A DNA stretch of 24,000 nucleotides, taken from assembly GCA_022839745.1 (NCBI GenBank), contig JALHJB010000011.1, positions 8,622 through 32,621 on the forward strand, read 5' to 3'. Position numbers and translations under genes: made by a program. Source of the DNA: Actinomycetes bacterium. Lineage in GTDB: Bacteria; Actinomycetota; Coriobacteriia; Anaerosomatales; Anaerosomataceae. The notes below the pieces were generated by a model, which worked only from the letters and a program-made list of their open reading frames with translations, was not told the origin of the DNA and did no database searches. Of the stretch, positions 7,265 through 13,921 are shown one piece after another (position 1 is the first letter of the stretch; each line of letters starts with the position of its first letter).

Positions 7265-8578
7265 ATGGAGAAGGTGCAACTCGAGACCCTGACGGGTGTC
7301 ATCGACAAGAAGATGAACCGGCAGCTCAAGCAGTACATCGACATCTGCGCACGCTGCGCCATCTGCAAGGATGCCTGCCACCAGTACGTGGGCACCGGGG
7401 ACTTCAAGTACCTCCCCGCCCGCCGGGCTGAGCTGATCCGGCAGATCTACAAGAAGTACTTCGACAAGGCGGGCCGCTTCGTGCCGGCGCTCTACGAGGC
7501 GCGCGAGCCCGATGACAACCTGCTCGATGAGCTGTACGACTCCACGTACGCCTGCACCGGCTGCCGCCGCTGCATGTACTACTGCCCCTTCTCGATCGAC
7601 ACCGCGTGGATCCTCTCAGTGGCCAAAGCGATCCTGATCGCCGCCGGTCGTGGGAACGAGATGCTCGGCCAGCTCGCCGACGCCGCGATCTTCAAGGGCG
7701 ACAATGCGGCGATGTTCGAGGGCGTGATGCTGAGCGGTTTCGACGACATCTCGGAGGAGGTCCGCGCTATCACGGGCAACCCCGAGCACAAGGTGCACGT
7801 GAACAAGGAGGGCGCGGACGTCCTGTACGTGGCGCTCGCCGGTGCGCACTCGATCCGCCCGGCCGCGGTCATCTTCGAGGAGGCCGGCGAGAACTGGACC
7901 ATCTCCATGTTCGAGGCGGCCAACTACGGCTTCTTCTACGGTGACACGGAGAAGGCGCGCATCATCACCAAGCGCTACATCGACGAGGCCAAGCGTCTCG
8001 GCGTGAAGGAGATCGTGGTGCCCGAGTGCGGACACGCCTACCGCGTGGCCGAGTTCTTCTACGAGGCGTGGAGCAAGGAGCCGATGCCCTTCAAGGTCAG
8101 CCATATCCTTGAGAAGGTCGACGACTACATCAAGTCCGGCCGCATAAAGGTGGATCGCGGCAAGATCGCCGGTAAGGTCACCTACCACGACCCGTGCCAG
8201 CTCGGCCGCAACGGCGGCAAGTTCGAGCAGCCGCGCGACATCGTGAAAGCCGTCACGAGCAACTTCGTGGACCTCACGCCCAATCGGGCCGAACAGTGGT
8301 GCTGCGGCGGAGGCGGCGGCATCGTGGCTATGGAGGAGTTCAAGGACGTCCGGCTGAAGTCGGGCATCAAGAAGGTCGAGCAGCTCAAGGCGAGCGGCGC
8401 CAGCGTTCTGGCGTGCCCCTGCGAGAACTGCCGCCTGCAAATCGAGGAACTCAACGACGTGCACGGCCTTGGTCTTGAGATCTGGCAGGTCATCGACCTG
8501 GTGGTGGCGGCTATGCCGCTTCCGGGCAGCCAGCGTTCAGTCGAGGCCGCCCCCGCTGGGGAGGGCGCCAACGCGTAA
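7265..8578 (+). CDS. DsrK/HdrD-like iron-sulfur oxidoreductase (two ferredoxin-type 4Fe-4S motifs plus a C-terminal CCG domain)
   Basis: Start is ATG 7265, 9 nt after AGGAG 7251-7255; the track uses GTG 7259. Motifs are CARCAICKDAC, CTGCRRCMYYCP, and HDPCQLGR...WCCGGGGG...CPCENC. The last follows the C..CCG..CxxC pattern of heterodisulfide-reductase-type catalytic subunits. Confidence 0.8.
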   Translation: MEKVQLETLTGVIDKKMNRQLKQYIDICARCAICKDACHQYVGTGDFKYLPARRAELIRQIYKKYFDKAGRFVPALYEAREPDDNLLDELYDSTYACTGCRRCMYYCPFSIDTAWILSVAKAILIAAGRGNEMLGQLADAAIFKGDNAAMFEGVMLSGFDDISEEVRAITGNPEHKVHVNKEGADVLYVALAGAHSIRPAAVIFEEAGENWTISMFEAANYGFFYGDTEKARIITKRYIDEAKRLGVKEIVVPECGHAYRVAEFFYEAWSKEPMPFKVSHILEKVDDYIKSGRIKVDRGKIAGKVTYHDPCQLGRNGGKFEQPRDIVKAVTSNFVDLTPNRAEQWCCGGGGGIVAMEEFKDVRLKSGIKKVEQLKASGASVLACPCENCRLQIEELNDVHGLGLEIWQVIDLVVAAMPLPGSQRSVEAAPAGEGANA

Positions 8579-8604
8579 CCGGCTCGCGGACGCGCGAAGG
8601 CACG

Positions 8605-8632
8605 CAGGGGCGTCGGGAAACCGGCGCCCCTG
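8605..8632. terminator. GC-rich hairpin between convergent genes (candidate bidirectional terminator)
   Basis: CAGGGGCG-loop-CGCCCCTG, with additional inner pairing (CGG/CCG). It lies between the dsrK-like stop (8578) and the stop of the convergent gene at 8641. There is no U-tract. Confidence 0.5.
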
Positions 8633-8640
8633 TCGCATTC

Positions 8641-9480
8641 CTACGAGGAGCGTGCGGCTGTGAGCGCGAGGGCGAGATGCCGCACCTCATCGCGCGTGGT
8701 GATGCCGCCGTCATCGGCAACGAGCAGCCCCCCGGCCTGCGCCGCCACGCCGATGGTGCTGCCGATGGCCTCGGCGCGTGCGGGGTTACCGAGCTCGCCT
8801 GTGAGCAGCCCGCCGATCACGGCGAGTCCGGCCTCTCGCGCGGCCCAGAACAGCCGGTCGAACCGCTCGAAGTCGAGCCCGCCTCCGGCGTGGACAGCCA
8901 CGAAGCCGGCACGCGCGATCGCGTGGAGCAACGGCCGTACGTCGCCGTCCGAGTGCAGCACACAGGGCAACCCGAGGGCGCCGGCGGCCTGTACAAGACG
9001 CGCGTACCGTGGCAGCAACTCGGCTATTGCGAAGTCGGGTGCGATGAGCGGGCCGCTGGTGCCCGCAAGGTCCTCGGCGAGCACGATCGCGCGAACGCCT
9101 GCTCGCGCCCCGTCCGCCACCTGCTGCAGTACCCCATCCAGACGCGCCTCGATCGACTCCCCCACGCGCTCGGGGTCGGTGAGCGTCGCGCGGAGACCTT
9201 GCAGCTCACCCCGCTCGAGCACGACCGGCCACAGCGGCCCGTCGACCACCCAAAACGGTGCGACACCGGCATCAAGAAGCGCGATGACCGCGTCGCCGGC
9301 CCAGGGGGCACCGGACGGTACGAACGCGAACGAGGCTCCGAGGGCGACACACGCGGCCACAAGGCGGTCTGCGGGGGTGTCGTGCGGCGTTGGCGCATAT
9401 CCCGGCACGTCGAGCATGTCGGGCGACACGAACGTGAGACCGAACGGGAAGGGTGACCCACTGACTGGCAGCCGCTCCAT
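8641..9480 (-). CDS. Uroporphyrinogen-decarboxylase-like (URO-D/MtaA-like TIM barrel) family protein, short form; function unknown
   Basis: Start is ATG 9480 (MERLPVSG...), 2 nt after the upstream gene's stop; the longer track ORF extends into that gene. The segment VRAIVLAEDLAGTSGPLIAPDFAIAELLPRYARLVQAAGALGLPCVLHSDGDVRPLLHAIARAGF resembles the URO-D-like family core. This is my recognition only and is tentative. Confidence 0.45.
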   Translation of the reverse strand: MERLPVSGSPFPFGLTFVSPDMLDVPGYAPTPHDTPADRLVAACVALGASFAFVPSGAPWAGDAVIALLDAGVAPFWVVDGPLWPVVLERGELQGLRATLTDPERVGESIEARLDGVLQQVADGARAGVRAIVLAEDLAGTSGPLIAPDFAIAELLPRYARLVQAAGALGLPCVLHSDGDVRPLLHAIARAGFVAVHAGGGLDFERFDRLFWAAREAGLAVIGGLLTGELGNPARAEAIGSTIGVAAQAGGLLVADDGGITTRDEVRHLALALTAARSS

Positions 9481-9482
9481 GG

Positions 9483-9947
9483 CTACATGCTGCGTATGCC
9501 GAAGCCCACGGCCTCGGACAGCACCCATACCACGAGGAATGCACCGGTGACGCCAAGAGAGACGGACAGGAACGCACGCTTGGGCTCCATGTCCAGCAAC
9601 CACGATGCGGCCGTTCCGGCGTACGCGCCGGTACCCGGGAGCGGTACCGCCACGAACAACGCGAGGCCCCAGAACCCGTACTTCTCCACGAGGGGATGTG
9701 CCTTGGCACGTATCTTCTCGAACTTGCGGTGGAACCAGCCTTCCTGCGGGAAGCGCTTATAGACGAACTCCAGGAAGTAGTAGCCCGGCCAGAAGATGGC
9801 CAGGCTCGCGAGCCAGATGATCGGCAGGTAGACCGTCTCACCGGCTGCCACCGCCCACGGGATCGCCGCCCGAAGCTCGATCGTCGGGATCCAGGAGACG
9901 AAGACGTACTTGAGCCACTCGGGCAGACCACTCAGGAACTCGGGCAT
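9483..9947 (-). CDS. Small membrane protein of the COG2426 / putative small multidrug export family
   Basis: 154 aa with about four hydrophobic helices. WIPTIELRAAIPWA...FWGLALFVAVPLPGTGAYAGTAASWLL matches my memory of this family. It is tightly packed between its neighbours, with 3 nt and 2 nt gaps. Confidence 0.65.
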   Translation of the reverse strand: MPEFLSGLPEWLKYVFVSWIPTIELRAAIPWAVAAGETVYLPIIWLASLAIFWPGYYFLEFVYKRFPQEGWFHRKFEKIRAKAHPLVEKYGFWGLALFVAVPLPGTGAYAGTAASWLLDMEPKRAFLSVSLGVTGAFLVVWVLSEAVGFGIRSM

Positions 9948-9950
9948 CAG

Positions 9951-10325
9951 TTACCTTTCGGGCGAGAAGACGTCGTAGATCCGCTCCACCTCGGAGCGCC
10001 AGTACGCCTCCGGATCGGAGACATCACGGCCGAGGCGCGCCGCGTTGCGGAAGTAGCCGCCGCCGGGCATCCCGGAGTCGGCGCGCACCACGAGCGAGGC
10101 GAGCATGATGCCATGCTCGGCATCGGCCTCGGTGCAGATCTCGTTCAGGAATCCCATGATCGCCCACGACCGCGGCTTGAGTACGATCGCGCTCACCGCG
10201 CGGCAGATCTCGCCGTAGGTGATCGTGCCGCGCTCGCGCGCGCGCTCCTGCAGAAGCGCGTTCGCCTCGGCCTTCGCCGCCTCCCACGCCTCGATGGGGA
10301 ATCCGTATCGGGTGTCCTTGGGCAT
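9951..10325 (-). CDS. Hypothetical protein (possible winged-helix-like fold); first gene of a three-gene operon
   Basis: 124 aa with high GC3. [12 protein letters not shown]...[39 protein letters not shown] is reminiscent of MGMT-DBD/ATL-like winged-helix modules, but I cannot assign a family. There is no SD; a -10-like CATACT lies 6 nt upstream of the ATG. Confidence 0.5.
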   Translation of the reverse strand: MPKDTRYGFPIEAWEAAKAEANALLQERARERGTITYGEICRAVSAIVLKPRSWAIMGFLNEICTEADAEHGIMLASLVVRADSGMPGGGYFRNAARLGRDVSDPEAYWRSEVERIYDVFSPER

Positions 10326-10331
10326 GGGGGA

Positions 10332-10337
10332 AGTATG
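10332..10337 (-). promoter_or_regulatory. Candidate -10 (TGgCATACT on the minus strand) positioned for a leaderless transcript of the 9951-10325 gene
   Basis: The hexamer ends 6 nt before ATG 10325. No SD-like purine run lies between them. Confidence 0.3.
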
Positions 10338-10407
10338 CCATACGCGCCACGACCGCTCCGCGCTCTGTCACGCGCCCGTTGCCCCGGCGCCGCGCTGCGG
10401 CCTCGCG

Positions 10408-10413
10408 TATCAT
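10408..10413 (+). promoter_or_regulatory. Candidate -10 (TATCAT) positioned for a leaderless arfB transcript
   Basis: TATCAT-gagcgc-ATG. The 6 nt spacer places the predicted transcription start (TSS) at or next to the A of ATG 10420. No SD is present. Confidence 0.35.
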
Positions 10414-10419
10414 GAGCGC

Positions 10420-10788
10420 ATGGACGACACCCGCTACGACATCCCCGCCGATGACACCGATCTGCTTGCCGAGTGCGACGTTTGGGTCTTCCGCGCCACC
10501 GGACCGGGTGGGCAGGGCGTGAACACCACCGACAGCGCGGTACGCCTGCGTCACCGGCCGAGCGGCATCACGGTAGTGTGCCGTCGGGAGCGCAGTCAGC
10601 TCCAGAACAAGCGTGCGTGTCTCGAGCGCCTGCGCGAAAAGCTGGAGGAGCACAACGCCGCGCTCGACGCCCCCAAGCGCGTGCCCACCCGGAAGAGTCG
10701 CGCGGCCAAGGCACGGCAGGTGGAGGCGAAACGATACCGGGCGCGCGTTAAGCGCGCGCGGGGACGCGTGGACCGCGGCGAGGAGTAG
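10420..10788 (+). CDS. arfB: Alternative ribosome-rescue factor ArfB (RF-1-domain peptidyl-tRNA hydrolase)
   Basis: Start is ATG 10420; the track ORF begins upstream at 10219. 122 aa reading [48 protein letters not shown]. It has the GGQ motif followed by a Lys/Arg-rich C-terminal tail, the ArfB/YaeJ architecture. Confidence 0.85.
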   Translation: MDDTRYDIPADDTDLLAECDVWVFRATGPGGQGVNTTDSAVRLRHRPSGITVVCRRERSQLQNKRACLERLREKLEEHNAALDAPKRVPTRKSRAAKARQVEAKRYRARVKRARGRVDRGEE

Positions 10789-10842
10789 GGGCAGCATCGG
10801 TGCCGGGAGCCTACCGGATGCCGCCATCTCCGGACACGCAAA

Positions 10843-10862
10843 CGCGCCCGCCCGCGGGCGCG
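10843..10862. terminator. GC hairpin between convergent arfB and ssrA (candidate bidirectional terminator)
   Basis: CGCGCCCG-CCCG-CGGGCGCG. This is an 8 bp perfect stem with a 4 nt loop. Confidence 0.45.
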
Positions 10863-10882
10863 GACGAGCGCGTGGTTGCATG

Positions 10883-11234
10883 TGGTGGAGGCGAGGAGAA
10901 TCGAACTCCTGTCCACGACAGCCCCCTGGGGAGCATCTCCAGGCTCAGTCACATCTTGGCGTTCGGTTCGGGCGACACGGTGTGACGAGCGTGCCCGTTC
11001 CTAGCTGGTTCGGTCTTTCGCACAAGCATACCGGCTACGTCTTATGCGGCAGTCCCCTGAGTGACGTCAGATCCGGTGACGGGGACTCGCACCGGGAGAC
11101 GTCGCTGCGCTATTTAGGCAGCGAGAGCAAAGTCATTGTCGACGTTTGAGCGTCGTGTGCCCCTGTTTAGCGAGGTAAGGCGACCTCGGCCTGCTTCTCC
11201 CCTCAGAACTCCCGTGTCGAAACCAGTCGCCCCC
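10883..11234 (-). ncRNA. ssrA: tmRNA (transfer-messenger RNA, SsrA)
   Basis: The minus-strand 5' end GGGGGCGACTGGTTTCGACACGGG pairs with the 3' end ...GGAGTTCGATTCTCCTCGCCTCCACCA. The acceptor stem has a G3:U pair, a T-arm GTTCGATTC and an encoded CCA. The internal tag reading frame is ...GTC GAC AAT GAC TTT GCT CTC GCT GCC TAA (…VDNDFALAA-stop, about 11114-11146). It ends in the canonical ALAA. Confidence 0.9.
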
Positions 11235-11284
11235 GGAAGGTGAGGTATGTGAAGGTGCTCCCGCGCAACGCCTCATCGCCTGCG

Positions 11285-11297
11285 GGTCTAGCAGTAT
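11285..11297 (-). promoter_or_regulatory. Candidate ssrA promoter -10 region (TATACT overlapping TGCTAGACC on the minus strand)
   Basis: The minus strand reads cgtcTATACTGCTAGACCcgc, about 50-60 nt upstream of the mature tmRNA 5' end. This is consistent with a processed precursor. The TGCTAGAC core is shared with the ftsE upstream region. Confidence 0.3.
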
Positions 11298-11418
11298 AGA
11301 CGGGGAGCACGCGGCGTGCCAGTGCCGTGCGAGTGTGTGCCCCTGACGCGCCGGGACGGCGTTTGGGGGTATCCTGTGCTCAGGAGCACCACGCCCAGGC
11401 TGCCGAGAGGAGCCCCCG

Positions 11419-12519
11419 ATGGACCAGAACGAGTACCCGCCTCCCCCGTCTGCACCTGAACCACCCCCGGCACCAGTGACTCCTCCTGAGCCGCAGCCCG
11501 CCCCTCCGGCTGAGCCCGCACCCCCCGCACCCCCCGCGCCGCCGGCGCCCGAGATCCCGCCGCCCCCGGCCCCGATGGCTCCACCGCCACCGATGCCCAC
11601 CGCGGCACCGGTCACGCCGCCGGCAGCCCCTCCCCAGGCAGCTCCGCCTGTGGCGCCTGCGGCCCAGTACGCACCACCGCCTCCACCCGACGCGGGCACG
11701 CCGGCCTATGCCGCGCAGGCCACTCCCCCGCCTAAGAAGAGCAAGACGCTCGTGATCGTGCTCGTGATCCTCGGCGTGCTGCTCCTCTGCTGCATCGGCT
11801 CGGTCATCGGCGGCCTGACGATCTTCTCGAGCACGGTGGACGAGGTCAGCAGTTCCCTTGAAGACGCCGGGATCGATGTGGAGGTGCCGGACACACAGAC
11901 CGGTGATACCGGCTCCGGTGATGTGACCGGAGGACGGGCCGAGTGGGAGGCATTCCAACCGCAGCTCGTCGACGCATCCATCTATGCCGAGCCGACCGCG
12001 GCGCAGTCGGCCCTGATAGAGGAGATCCACAACGAGCTGTATCCGGACTTCATAATCGAAGACACGGTTGCCGAGCCGGGAATCGAGGACGCCGAGTCGT
12101 ACCATCCGGACATGCTGTACGTGAAGGCCTCGCTGGCACGCGACCCGGATGTCCGGATCGCCTACTACCTGTGGACCGATTCCGAGGCATCGAAGGCCGG
12201 AGGCGTCCACTTGACCGAGGACCAAACCGAGACCTACGAGACGCTCGCGCAGTCGTCGGACGGCACGTACTACATCTACGATCATGAGAACCTCATGGAC
12301 CTGATGAGCGGCTCGGTCGACGACGATCTGGTATCGGTGCTCAAGCAGGCCGAGGTGGACTTCCCGGGTTACGTCGCCATCATGGCGGGCGACGATGGCG
12401 ACAACATCGGTGTCGTCGTCACGCGCTGGGAGGCGTTCCCGGACCTGGAGGAGGGCCTTGCGGTCACGTTCTCGCCCGACGGGAACGGCTGGGCCGTCCA
12501 GGACGTGACGGACTGGTAG
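11419..12519 (+). CDS. Hypothetical single-pass membrane protein: about 110 aa proline-rich N-terminus, one TM helix, acidic C-terminal domain
   Basis: 366 aa with SD GAGAGGAG upstream. The N-terminus is PPPPSAPEPPPAPVTPPEPQPAPPAEPAPPAPPAPPAPEIPPPPAP.... It is followed by KKSKTLVIVLVILGVLLLCCIGSVIGGLTIF (a TM helix) and then a 230 aa Asp/Glu-rich domain with no family I recognise. Confidence 0.7.
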   Translation: MDQNEYPPPPSAPEPPPAPVTPPEPQPAPPAEPAPPAPPAPPAPEIPPPPAPMAPPPPMPTAAPVTPPAAPPQAAPPVAPAAQYAPPPPPDAGTPAYAAQATPPPKKSKTLVIVLVILGVLLLCCIGSVIGGLTIFSSTVDEVSSSLEDAGIDVEVPDTQTGDTGSGDVTGGRAEWEAFQPQLVDASIYAEPTAAQSALIEEIHNELYPDFIIEDTVAEPGIEDAESYHPDMLYVKASLARDPDVRIAYYLWTDSEASKAGGVHLTEDQTETYETLAQSSDGTYYIYDHENLMDLMSGSVDDDLVSVLKQAEVDFPGYVAIMAGDDGDNIGVVVTRWEAFPDLEEGLAVTFSPDGNGWAVQDVTDW

Positions 12520-12567
12520 TACGCGCAAACCGAGTGCCCTGTACCGCGCACTCGCCTCAAGACACGC

Positions 12568-12595
12568 CGAAGGGCCGCCCGCGGGCGGCCCTTCG
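12568..12595. terminator. Perfect 12 bp GC hairpin between convergent genes (candidate bidirectional terminator)
   Basis: CGAAGGGCCGCC-CGCG-GGCGGCCCTTCG. It lies between the stop at 12519 (+) and the smpB stop at 12620 (-). Confidence 0.55.
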
Positions 12596-12619
12596 CGGCA
12601 TCGCGCCGAGCGCCGGATC

Positions 12620-13090
12620 CTACTCGCCCTTGTTCCGGTCTCGCAGCGCGCGTTCGACATCGCGCTTCTGGTCGCGCTCGGCGATCGCATCGCGCTTGTC
12701 ATACAGCTTCTTGCCCCGGGCCAGGCCGATCTCGACCTTCACGAGGTTCCCCGGCGAGAGGTAGACCTTGAGTGGCACGAGCGTGTACCCGCGCTCTTTG
12801 GTCTTGCCGAGCAGATACCGGATCTCGGAGCGGTGCAGCAACAGCTTCCGCTCCCGATCGACCCGCACGTTGCTGCGGTTCCCATGGCTGTATGGCGAGA
12901 TGTGGACGTTGTGCAGCCAGACCTCGCCTCGCCTGATCGTGGCGAAGCTGTCGCGCAGGTTCGTCTTGTTCTCGCGCAGCGACTTGACCTCGGTGCCGGT
13001 GAGCACGATGCCGGCCTCGAACGTCTCGTCCACGAAGTAGTCGTGGTACGCCTTCTTGTTGGTGGCGATGATCTTCTCTTCACGGGCCAT
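12620..13090 (-). CDS. smpB: SsrA-binding protein SmpB
   Basis: Start is ATG 13090 ([67 protein letters not shown]...LLLHRSEI...[11 protein letters not shown]...[17 protein letters not shown]). This is an unmistakable SmpB sequence. The track ORF extends 29 codons further upstream. Confidence 0.95.
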   Translation of the reverse strand: MAREEKIIATNKKAYHDYFVDETFEAGIVLTGTEVKSLRENKTNLRDSFATIRRGEVWLHNVHISPYSHGNRSNVRVDRERKLLLHRSEIRYLLGKTKERGYTLVPLKVYLSPGNLVKVEIGLARGKKLYDKRDAIAERDQKRDVERALRDRNKGE

Positions 13091-13127
13091 GCGGTGCGTG
13101 GTTCCTCTCATACTATGCGACGTGCTG

Positions 13128-13137
13128 ATGCTAGCAT
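13128..13137. promoter_or_regulatory. Perfect 10 bp palindrome ATGCTAGCAT that reads as an extended -10 (TGCTAGCAT) on both strands; candidate symmetric bidirectional promoter
   Basis: On the minus strand it lies about 38 nt upstream of smpB ATG 13090. On the plus strand it lies about 33 nt upstream of ATG 13170. Both readings match TGnTAnnnT. Confidence 0.35.
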
Positions 13138-13169
13138 GAGCGTGAGGATGATCCGCGAAAGGACACGAC

Positions 13170-13457
13170 ATGGACACGATGGGCTACCAGCAACCGGCAC
13201 CCGCTCAGCGGAACGACCCCCAGTACATCGCGTATCTCGAGCAGCGTATCGCCGCACTCGAGGCACGTCTGCCACGCACGAAGGTCGTCGCACCGGGCTT
13301 CTGGACGCGCGCGTTCGCTATCTGGGGCCATGGCCTCGCGGCGCAGTTCGTGGTTGGCGCCGTGCTCGGCATCGTGTTCACGCTGATCAGCCTCGTCTTC
13401 GCAGGCGGAATGGCCGCCATGCTCGGGCCCGTCCTCGAGAACGCGACGTACTACTAG
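13170..13457 (+). CDS. Hypothetical small membrane protein (95 aa)
   Basis: AAAGGA lies upstream of ATG 13170. GC3 is good. The C-terminal half is hydrophobic ([41 protein letters not shown]). I recognise no family. Confidence 0.5.
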   Translation: MDTMGYQQPAPAQRNDPQYIAYLEQRIAALEARLPRTKVVAPGFWTRAFAIWGHGLAAQFVVGAVLGIVFTLISLVFAGGMAAMLGPVLENATYY

Positions 13458-13488
13458 CACGCACGCGACGCGCGGAAGAATAGACGAA

Positions 13489-13514
13489 GCGGGCGGGCCC
13501 GATGGCCCGCCCGC
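13489..13514 (+). terminator. Perfect 11 bp GC hairpin downstream of the 13170-13457 gene
   Basis: GCGGGCGGGCC-CGAT-GGCCCGCCCGC. There is no U-tract. Confidence 0.45.
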
Positions 13515-13547
13515 GCACGACGTTCCTCGAGCTGATGCCTACTCCCA

Positions 13548-13835
13548 TTACCAGAGCTGGCCGGAGTACCTGCTTCCGCCCTTCGCGTCGGAGAGGTCCC
13601 CGACAAGGTCGATCCCCTCGGTCACGTCCACGCCATCGATGACGACGGAACCCACCACGTCGGCCATGCGGAAGCGACCGATCGAGCGGTCCATGAGTCT
13701 GTAGTCGGCGGTCTACCCCCTCGCTGACAGCGACCCCCCGGTCGCCCCGTCTGACGAGGTGAGTATGCCCCCGCTCGGGGTGAACAGGAACACTTCATGC
13801 ACAATAGTGGCAATTGGTGCCATGGATACTCTCAT
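13548..13835 (-). pseudogene. 95-codon reading frame interrupted by one in-frame TAG (13713-13715); candidate pseudogene or two micro-ORFs
   Basis: Absent from the track because both halves are under 60 aa. The minus strand reads MRVSMAPIATIVHEVFLFTPSGGILTSSDGATGGSLSARG-TAG-TADYRLMDRSIGRFRMADVVGSVVIDGVDVTEGIDLVGDLSDAKGGSRYSGQLW-TAA. The distal half has about 90% GC3, typical of real coding sequence in this genome. Confidence 0.3.
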
Positions 13836-13845
13836 GCGCGAGAAC

Positions 13846-13876
13846 GGCAATGGGCGCCCCAGGGGCGCCCATTGCC
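13846..13876 (-). terminator. 31 nt near-perfect palindrome (15 bp arms) downstream of the M42 peptidase gene; terminator or protein-binding site
   Basis: GGCAATGGGCGCCCC-A-GGGGCGCCCATTGCC. It lies 46 nt after the peptidase stop (13922) and 11 nt upstream of the ATG at 13835. Confidence 0.4.
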
Positions 13877-13921
13877 TGTCAGTCACCCGTACCCGCCTGG
13901 ATGGCGGAGCACCTGTCTACA

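Noticed and set aside
10789-11418. tmRNA gene as an integration site for a genomic island or prophage
   Set aside because: tmRNA 3' ends are frequent att sites. However, I found no integrase or recombinase gene, no direct repeat of the tmRNA 3' end elsewhere in the window, and no compositional break. The flanking genes are arfB and housekeeping-type genes.
11440-11720. Repetitive CCG/CCC-rich DNA as a tandem repeat, VNTR or CRISPR-like array
   Set aside because: The repetition is at the level of Pro/Ala codons (imperfect PPAP/APPA units) inside one open reading frame. There are no exact repeat units of fixed length and no spacer structure.
11133-12702. Minus-strand Gly-rich 188 aa ORF (11133-11699) and 440 aa Arg-rich ORF (11380-12702)
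   Set aside because: The Gly runs are simply the complement of the Pro codons (CCN) of the plus-strand proline-rich gene. The 188 aa ORF would also run through the tmRNA 5' end and its promoter. The plus-strand gene has an SD, a TM helix and a coherent domain layout.
13110-13115. TAGTAT on the minus strand as the smpB -10 element
   Set aside because: It directly abuts the SD (GAGAGGAAC), and the predicted TSS would fall inside the RBS, only about 13 nt from the ATG. The TGCTAGCAT extended -10 further upstream gives a more plausible leader. This remains unresolved without TSS data.
13713-13715. In-frame TAG as programmed readthrough or pyrrolysine
   Set aside because: No pyl genes or methylamine methyltransferase context appear in the window, and no recognisable protein family demands a residue there. 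A nonsense mutation (pseudogene) or two unrelated short frames is far more parsimonious.
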